Below, in pieces: positions 34,476 through 40,493 of a DNA stretch of 40,493 bases. A model generated the notes under the pieces. That model made no database searches. It saw only the letters and a program-made list of their open reading frames with translations, and was not told the DNA's origin. Both the position numbers and the translations under genes were made by a program. This stretch comes from Bacillales bacterium. Its GTDB lineage: Bacteria > Bacillota_I > Bacilli_A > RFN20 > JAISJY01. The stretch lies in assembly GCA_031261365.1 (NCBI GenBank), contig JAISJY010000080.1:1-40493 (forward strand), written 5' to 3'. Every line of letters starts with the position of its first letter. The stretch's first letter is position 1.

Positions 34476-35327
34476 ATGTTAGTAACATTAAAAAAAGTAT
34501 TAGAATATGCTGAAAAAAATAAGGTTGCAATTGGGTCATTTAATACCCCTAATTTAGAAAGTTTAAGAGCAGTTATTGAGGCTAGTGAACAATTAAAACA
34601 ACCTGTTATTGTTCAATTTGCTCAGTGTCATGAAAGTTTAACCCCTTTAAAAATAATCGGTCCGATTATGGTAGCTTTGGCTAAATCAGCTAAAGTAGAT
34701 GTCTGTGTTCATTTAGACCACGGGGAAACTTTGAAATATTTAAAACAAGCCCTAGAAATAGGATTTACTTCAATTATGTATGATGGTTCTAATTTAAAAT
34801 ATGAAGAAAATGTTTTAAATACTATAAAAGCTGTTGAAATGGCTCATAAATATGGTGCTTCAGTAGAAGCTGAACTTGGAAGTATGGGAGCTAGAGAATC
34901 TGGTTCTAGTGAAAGTATTAATGATACTACTAAAATATATACTGACCCTCTTTTATCAAAAGACTTTATTGAGAGAACCAAGATAGATGCTTTGGCTTGT
35001 TCTTTTGGAACAGTTCATGGTATTTATTTAACTAAACCTCAATTAGATTTTAATATTGTTAGAGAAATCAGAGAAATAAATAATTTAATTCCTATAGTTA
35101 TGCATGGTGGTTCAGGTGTTTCAAAAGAAGATTATTTTAAGGCTATTGAGGCTGGAGTAAGAAAGATTAATTATTTTACTTATATGGATTTAGCAGGTGG
35201 TTCTTTTATTAAAGAAATAGATTTAACTAAGAATGTTTATTTTTCTAATATAAGTTTAGAGGCTAAAGAAAAAATGAAATTAGATGTTATAAGAGCAATG
35301 ACTTTATTTGCAAGGAGGGAAAAATGA
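34476..35327 (+). CDS. Class II ketose-bisphosphate aldolase family (FbaA/GatY/KbaY-like)
   Basis: 283 aa. Motifs AIGSFN, VIVQFAQ, HLDHG, MYDGS, HGGSG. Confidence 0.85.
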   Translation: MLVTLKKVLEYAEKNKVAIGSFNTPNLESLRAVIEASEQLKQPVIVQFAQCHESLTPLKIIGPIMVALAKSAKVDVCVHLDHGETLKYLKQALEIGFTSIMYDGSNLKYEENVLNTIKAVEMAHKYGASVEAELGSMGARESGSSESINDTTKIYTDPLLSKDFIERTKIDALACSFGTVHGIYLTKPQLDFNIVREIREINNLIPIVMHGGSGVSKEDYFKAIEAGVRKINYFTYMDLAGGSFIKEIDLTKNVYFSNISLEAKEKMKLDVIRAMTLFARREK

Positions 35328-36730
35328 GAAAAACAACATTTGCTTTATGTTTTGGTAATCGAGGTTTTATGCCTGGTGAGTTAATATTAGAAGCTAGAAA
35401 AGATTTAGTAAAAGTTTTAAATGAGGAAGGCTATGATTATATTTTAATGGAAGAAAAAGCCACTAGATATGGAGCTATAGAAACGAGGGCAGAAGGTTTA
35501 TTATATGCTAAATGGTTAAAAGAACATCAAGGACAATATGATGGAGTTATCTTTTCCATGCCTATATTTGTTGATGAAAACGGAGCAATAACAGCTTTAC
35601 AAGATGCTGGTGTCCCTATTTTAATGCAAGCCTATCCAGATGAAATAGGTAAATTAGGATTTGCTACTAGAAGAGATGCTTATTGTGGAAAGTTTTCAGT
35701 TACTGATGTTTTCTCGCAATATAAAGTACCTTTTACAGTTTTAAAGCCTCATGTTGTTCACCCTTTATCAAAAGCATTTCGGGATAATTTAAGAGACTTC
35801 TCTGCTATTTGTGCGGTTGTTAATGGTATGAAAAGGTTTAATGTTGGTTGTATTGGGGCGAGGACAACTGCTTTTAAGACTGTTCGTTTTGATGAAATAG
35901 CCTTACAAAAATATGGTATTAATGTGGAATCTTTTGATTTATCAGAATTAATTGATTTTGTTAATAAGTTAAAAGATGATGATAAAGAAGTTTTAATTAA
36001 AGAAAAAGTTTTAGAAAACTATTCTAATTGTTCTCTTGTTCCTAAAAAGAACTTGAATACTTTAGCTAAGATTAGTGTGGTTATTGATAAGTATATTAAA
36101 GATTATAATTTGGATGCTATTACTTTAAGATGTTGGAATGAAATGGAAACTATTTTAAGAGTTTGTCCTTGTGTTTTATTAAGTGAATTAAACGATAGAG
36201 GCATTGTTGCATCTTGTGAAATAGATTTATGTTCGGCAATTACAATGAGAGCGATGAATTTAGCTTCTCAACAACCAACAGCTGTTTTAGATTGGAATAA
36301 TAATTATGGAGATGATGAAGATAAAGTTATTTTATTCCATTGTGGTCCAGTGGCTCAAAGTTTAATGAGCGAAAAGGGTTGTGTCACGGAGCATAAGATG
36401 TTTGCTAAGAATGATTCTGGTTCGGGTTGGGGAACTAATGAAGGAAGAATTAGAGATTTTCCAATGACTTTTTCTAACTGTAAAACGGAAGATGGAAAGT
36501 TAATTGTTTATGTTAGTGAAGGCGAGTTTACTAAAGATGTTATTGAAAAAGGTTTCTTTGGTTGTGGGGGAGTTGCTTTAATTTCTAATTTACAAGATAA
36601 GTTAATCTTTTTAGCAAGAAATGGTTTTAAACATCATACATCAGTAGGTGTTGGACATCTTAAAGCTGTTTTAGAAGAAGCTTTTAAAACTTATTTAAAA
36701 TATGATGTTGTTTCAATTGAGGTAAAATGA
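35324..36730 (+). CDS. L-fucose/L-arabinose isomerase-family sugar isomerase
   Basis: 468 aa. The N-terminal FALCFGNRGFMPGEL, the length and the overall pattern resemble COG2407-type isomerases. ATGA overlap with the aldolase gene. Confidence 0.65.
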   Translation: MRKTTFALCFGNRGFMPGELILEARKDLVKVLNEEGYDYILMEEKATRYGAIETRAEGLLYAKWLKEHQGQYDGVIFSMPIFVDENGAITALQDAGVPILMQAYPDEIGKLGFATRRDAYCGKFSVTDVFSQYKVPFTVLKPHVVHPLSKAFRDNLRDFSAICAVVNGMKRFNVGCIGARTTAFKTVRFDEIALQKYGINVESFDLSELIDFVNKLKDDDKEVLIKEKVLENYSNCSLVPKKNLNTLAKISVVIDKYIKDYNLDAITLRCWNEMETILRVCPCVLLSELNDRGIVASCEIDLCSAITMRAMNLASQQPTAVLDWNNNYGDDEDKVILFHCGPVAQSLMSEKGCVTEHKMFAKNDSGSGWGTNEGRIRDFPMTFSNCKTEDGKLIVYVSEGEFTKDVIEKGFFGCGGVALISNLQDKLIFLARNGFKHHTSVGVGHLKAVLEEAFKTYLKYDVVSIEVK

Positions 36731-38142
36731 AAATAGCTGGTTTAGATATTGGTACTTCTAGTTGTAAATTGAGTATCTTTGCAGAAAACGGAGAACCTCT
36801 TTCTTCTTTTTCTTTTAAGTATGATATTCAAAGAAATCTAAGTGAGCATGAAATAGATGCTAATGTTTTAAAGGATGCTGTTTTTAATGTTTTAAAAGAG
36901 GCAGACAAACAATATAATGATATTAATGGTTTAGGAATTACTAGTTTTGGAGAGACTTTTGTTTTATTAGATAATGATGATAAAGTCTTATGTAATAGTA
37001 TTTTATATACTGATAATAGAGGTAAGGAACAACTTAATTTATTAATTGCTAAACTTGGGGAAAAGAGCATAAAAGATATTACAGGTTTATACCCTCATGA
37101 GATGTATTCTATTAGTAAATTGATGTGGATTAAAGAGAATAATCCTGAGGTTTTTGCCAAGGTTAAAAAGATATTATTAATTGAAGATTATGTTGCTTAT
37201 TTATTAACAGGCATTAGACAAATTAGTTATTCTTTGGCTTCAAGAACAATGTGTTTTGATATTAATAATTTTACTTGGAGTTTAGAAATATTAAAAATTG
37301 CAGGTATTGAAGCTGATTTATTTTCAAAACCTGTTCAAACAGGAACAAAAGTAGGTTTTATTAAATTACCTTTTTTAAAAAATACTGAAGTAGTTTCAGT
37401 GGGGCATGACCAAATAGCCGCGATTATTGGAACAGGGGCTAATCAGGTTGGTGATACAGTTGATGGAGGTGGAAGTGTTCAATGCTTTAGTTATATTGTT
37501 GATAAGAAAACTAAAGATAGTTATGATTTTGGAAAGTATTGTTTTACGCCTTTTCTTGTTCCTGATACTTATGTTTTATTTGTTTTTATTTATGCAGGTG
37601 GAGCTTTATTAAAATGGTGTAGTCAAATAGTTTCTAAGTCTTTTGTAGAGTTAGAAAGTGAAATTAAGCCTAGTGGATTATTGATATTGCCACATATTTT
37701 AGGGGCAGGAACTCCGTATATGAATATTGAAGCAAAGGGGGCTATTTTAGGTTTAACTTCTAATACGACAGAGAAAGATATTTATCAAGGTTGTTTAGAG
37801 GGTATTGCTTATGAACTTAAATTGAATGAAGAAATATTAAATAAGAATAAAGTTTATAGTAAAAAGATTTTGGCAACAGGTGGGGCTAATTCTTTGATGT
37901 TTTTAAAAATAAAATCTAAAATATTAAAAAGGTCATTTGTCAGATATGAGAATAAAGATGTGGGAACAATAGGGTGTATAATGAGTGTTGGTATGGCTTT
38001 AAATATTTTTAAGAGTTATGAAGAGGCTTGTCAAAAATTGATTAAAGTAAAAGATGTTGTTTCTTGCTTTGATGATAAAAAAGAATATTTAAGTTATTAT
38101 AAAAAGTATAAAAAGGTTTATCAAAGAATAAAAGACATTTAA
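36727..38142 (+). CDS. FGGY-family carbohydrate kinase
   Basis: 471 aa. Motifs GLDIGTSSCK, SFGETFVLLD, VGHDQIAA and ATGGGANS. ATGA overlap with the isomerase gene. Confidence 0.8.
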   Translation: MKIAGLDIGTSSCKLSIFAENGEPLSSFSFKYDIQRNLSEHEIDANVLKDAVFNVLKEADKQYNDINGLGITSFGETFVLLDNDDKVLCNSILYTDNRGKEQLNLLIAKLGEKSIKDITGLYPHEMYSISKLMWIKENNPEVFAKVKKILLIEDYVAYLLTGIRQISYSLASRTMCFDINNFTWSLEILKIAGIEADLFSKPVQTGTKVGFIKLPFLKNTEVVSVGHDQIAAIIGTGANQVGDTVDGGGSVQCFSYIVDKKTKDSYDFGKYCFTPFLVPDTYVLFVFIYAGGALLKWCSQIVSKSFVELESEIKPSGLLILPHILGAGTPYMNIEAKGAILGLTSNTTEKDIYQGCLEGIAYELKLNEEILNKNKVYSKKILATGGANSLMFLKIKSKILKRSFVRYENKDVGTIGCIMSVGMALNIFKSYEEACQKLIKVKDVVSCFDDKKEYLSYYKKYKKVYQRIKDI

Positions 38143-38179
38143 ATCCTAAAAAAGTTTATTTCAAACGGATATTTAGGAT

Positions 38180-40138
38180 GTGAGTTATCTTAAAATAGAA
38201 AATGTTTCAAAGAAATATAATGATGGTAGTTTTTCTTTAGAAGTATTACATTTAATTAATTTAAGTATTGAAAAAGGTCAGGTAATTGCTTTAATTGGGG
38301 AGTCTGGTTGTGGGAAATCAACTCTTTTAAACTTAATAATGGGTTTAATAAAAGCAACTAGAGGGCATATTTATTTTAATGATAAAGATATTAATGCTTT
38401 TTCTTATAAGGAGATGGTTAAGTTTAGAAAAGAGAAAATCGCGGTTATCTTTCAAGAATATAATTTATTTAAAATATTAAATATTCAAGATAATTTGGAA
38501 GTGGTAGAAGAAGAAAAACTAATAAAGAAAGATTTAAAACAAGCAGGATTAAATCAAGATATAAAGATGAAAGTTAGTAAATTGTCGGGTGGGGAACAAC
38601 AGAGAATCGCGGTTTTAAGGGGTGTTTTAAAGAAATCAGAATTAATATTAGCCGATGAACCAACAGGAGCTTTAGATGAGGAAAATTCAGAATTAGTTTT
38701 GAAATATTTAACAAAATTAAACAATAAAACTATTATTTTTGTTAGTCATAATTTAGAAATGGCTAAAAAATATTGTTCTAGAATAATTATTTTAAAAGAT
38801 GGAATGATAGAAAGTGATGAGTTAAGAGAATTAAAAAGAGAAAAGAATTATATAATTCAAAAAGAAACTAAAACAGAAAAGACAGTTGCAAAACATATTT
38901 TTAAAGAGATAATAAAAAATAGAGGAAAGTTTTTAGTTAGTTTTTTATCAACTTTAATTTCTTTAGTTTTTACATATTTATTATTAATATCAATTTTTGG
39001 TTTAAAAGATTATTTGTTGGGGTCTTATAATGAAGTGGCAAATTGTAATGTTTTTAATGTGGAGAGTTATCAAAGAGACAGTAATAATAAACAAGAAATA
39101 CCTCAAGAGGTAATTAAAGAATTAAATAAATATGATTTAGAAATGAGAGAGAATATTGATGAGGGATTAAATAATTTATTTTTAAATAGATTTAGATTTG
39201 AAAGCAAGAAAGTAGCCAGATATAGTGTAAGTTGTTTATCAAAGCAATATCAACAAAAGTATTTATTAACAGGGAGATTACCTTTAAATAGTAATGAAAT
39301 AATTGTAAATGAAAGTTTATTAAAAGAAATAGATGTCAAACAAAATAAAAGTTTAAATAAAAAGATAGTATGCGATTTTGTAACAACATATGCCAACTTC
39401 TATAAAATTATTATAAAAAAAGAGTATAGAATTGTCGGAGTTTCTAAAGATGGAATGATCCAAAAAGAGCCTAAAATATATTTTAATTATCAGGAAACAG
39501 AAAACTTTTTAAAAGAAGATGTTTCAGCAGGAAAATCTTTATATGAAATTATTAAAACAAATAAACTTCAAATAGATTTAAATAAAATAAGTGATGTTTT
39601 AAAAACAACCCAAAAAATAAAAGAGAGTAAATATTATTTAAAGGCAGATAAGTATTTAAACTATAACTTTGTCTTATTAGATAATGGAGGGTTACAAGAT
39701 TATTTATTATATGCCTCAATAACTAATTCTATTGAAATTGTCTTGGGGTTCTTTTTGTTGATAGTTATGGCTATAACTTTTATTTTAATATTAAGTATCT
39801 CTTTTTCTTTTGTTCAAGAATTACAAAAGGAAATAAGTATTTTTAAACTTTTAGGTTCAGCTAATTTAGCAACTTCTATTTATGCTGGTTGTATTAGCTC
39901 TTTTATTGTTTTGCCTCCTTTTATTGCTTCTTTTTTGCTTACTTTCTTATTGGCTAAAGGAGTGGAAGTTTTATCATTAAAATATTATCAAATCAACATT
40001 GGAATACAAACATTTTTAAGTAGTTCAAATGTCTTATTTTTGTATATAATTTTAGCAATGTCCATATATGTTGTTGATTTTCTAGTGGTGTTTGTGAATA
40101 TTAAGGGCTTAAATCTTCAAAAAGCTTTAAAAAGATGA
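38180..40138 (+). CDS. Fused ABC ATPase plus MacB/FtsX-type permease
   Basis: 652 aa. Walker A GESGCGKST, signature LSGGEQQR, Walker B ILADEPTGALD, then one TM, a ~250-aa extracytoplasmic domain and three C-terminal TMs. GTG start with a weak Shine-Dalgarno. Confidence 0.82.
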   Translation: MSYLKIENVSKKYNDGSFSLEVLHLINLSIEKGQVIALIGESGCGKSTLLNLIMGLIKATRGHIYFNDKDINAFSYKEMVKFRKEKIAVIFQEYNLFKILNIQDNLEVVEEEKLIKKDLKQAGLNQDIKMKVSKLSGGEQQRIAVLRGVLKKSELILADEPTGALDEENSELVLKYLTKLNNKTIIFVSHNLEMAKKYCSRIIILKDGMIESDELRELKREKNYIIQKETKTEKTVAKHIFKEIIKNRGKFLVSFLSTLISLVFTYLLLISIFGLKDYLLGSYNEVANCNVFNVESYQRDSNNKQEIPQEVIKELNKYDLEMRENIDEGLNNLFLNRFRFESKKVARYSVSCLSKQYQQKYLLTGRLPLNSNEIIVNESLLKEIDVKQNKSLNKKIVCDFVTTYANFYKIIIKKEYRIVGVSKDGMIQKEPKIYFNYQETENFLKEDVSAGKSLYEIIKTNKLQIDLNKISDVLKTTQKIKESKYYLKADKYLNYNFVLLDNGGLQDYLLYASITNSIEIVLGFFLLIVMAITFILILSISFSFVQELQKEISIFKLLGSANLATSIYAGCISSFIVLPPFIASFLLTFLLAKGVEVLSLKYYQINIGIQTFLSSSNVLFLYIILAMSIYVVDFLVVFVNIKGLNLQKALKR

Positions 40139-40493
40139 AAATATCACATCTTAGTAAAAAGGTTGGTGATAAAACAATTTTAAATGATATTTCTTGTGAT
40201 TTTTCTTTAACAGGTATTGTGAGTTTATTCGGACCTTCAGGAGCTGGTAAAAGCAGTTTATTATATGCTATAGCTGGTTTAGATAAAAGCGTTACAGGTA
40301 GTATTATCATAGAACAACAAGAAATAACAAAGCTTTCTAATATAGAGAGAAATGAGTTTTTAAAAGAAAAAATTGCTTTCATATTTCAAGATAATCAATT
40401 AATACCTTTTCTAAATATTCAAGATAACCTTTTAATTAATCGGAGTTATGTTATTGATGAAAAATATTATTCTTTATTAAATATTAAAAACAT
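40135..40493 (+). CDS. ABC transporter ATP-binding domain, 5' fragment (continues beyond window)
   Basis: ATG 40135 overlaps the previous TGA (ATGA). My translation is MKISHLSKKVGDKTILNDISCDFSLTGIVSLFGPSGAGKSSLLYAIAGL..., which contains a Walker A. The track's minus-strand ORF here is its antisense shadow. Confidence 0.8.
   Translation, partial: MKISHLSKKVGDKTILNDISCDFSLTGIVSLFGPSGAGKSSLLYAIAGLDKSVTGSIIIEQQEITKLSNIERNEFLKEKIAFIFQDNQLIPFLNIQDNLLINRSYVIDEKYYSLLNIKN

Noticed and set aside
38143-38179. ATCCTAAA...TTTAGGAT inverted repeat between the kinase gene and the ABC gene, considered as a terminator or translational hairpin
   Set aside because: The stem is 8 bp and mostly A-T, the loop is ~21 nt and no U-tract follows, so predicted stability is too low to call.
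40101-40382. 93-aa minus-strand ORF at the window end
   Set aside because: It is the antisense of a plus-strand ABC ATPase fragment with Walker A (GPSGAGKSS) and an ATGA-coupled start at 40135.
1-40493. Scan of all intergenic regions for tRNA, rRNA, riboswitch (including ZTP/THF upstream of fhs and folD), T-box, CRISPR repeats, IS ends and integrase or transposase genes
   Set aside because: No GC-rich structured segment, repeat-spacer array or terminal inverted repeat was found. fhs and folD have no leader because they overlap or abut the upstream genes. The only transposon-related signal is the truncated TnpB-like ORF reported separately.

Overview
This is a low-GC chromosome segment (about 30% GC by eye) from a Bacillota or Mollicutes-like organism. 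It reads with the standard code: TGA ends genes at ATGA/TAATG junctions and Trp is TGG. I support about 35 CDS. I see no rRNA, tRNA, CRISPR array or intact mobile element.

Housekeeping backbone:
- cinA fragment, recA, rny, ymdB, gpsA.
- pyk, miaB, ricA-like, fhs, folD, joined by overlapping or near-abutting stop and start codons.

Accessory content:
1. A lipoprotein and a secreted papain-like peptidase sit between recA and rny, bracketed by 30-bp direct repeats.
2. A minus-strand glycan operon (GT2, glf, a 168-aa ORF resembling a TnpB N-terminal remnant, GNAT) is followed by small membrane and lipoprotein genes.
3. A frameshifted, toxin-less hicB has a perfect TTGACA-17-TATAAT promoter built from a tandem 11-mer.
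4. A LytTR/AgrC-like two-component system lies directly upstream of a 13-kb surface glycan-degradation cluster. The cluster holds two domain-permuted GH3 paralogs (one a lipoprotein, one anchored by a TM helix at each end), a Big_3/Flg_new/CBM-like lipoprotein, and a cytoplasmic GH3 fused to a GtrA-like 4-TM module. It has no recognisable sugar importer.
5. A Gfo/Idh/MocA gene is bracketed by 44-bp direct repeats.
6. An aldolase, isomerase and kinase sugar module.
7. Tandem MacB/FtsX-type ABC genes.

The candidate I consider most novel is the GH3-GtrA fusion and the transporter-less cluster around it. At least three genes have a -10 hexamer exactly 6 nt before an ATG with no Shine-Dalgarno sequence, which suggests leaderless mRNAs. 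All family assignments come from motif recognition by eye; no searches were run.
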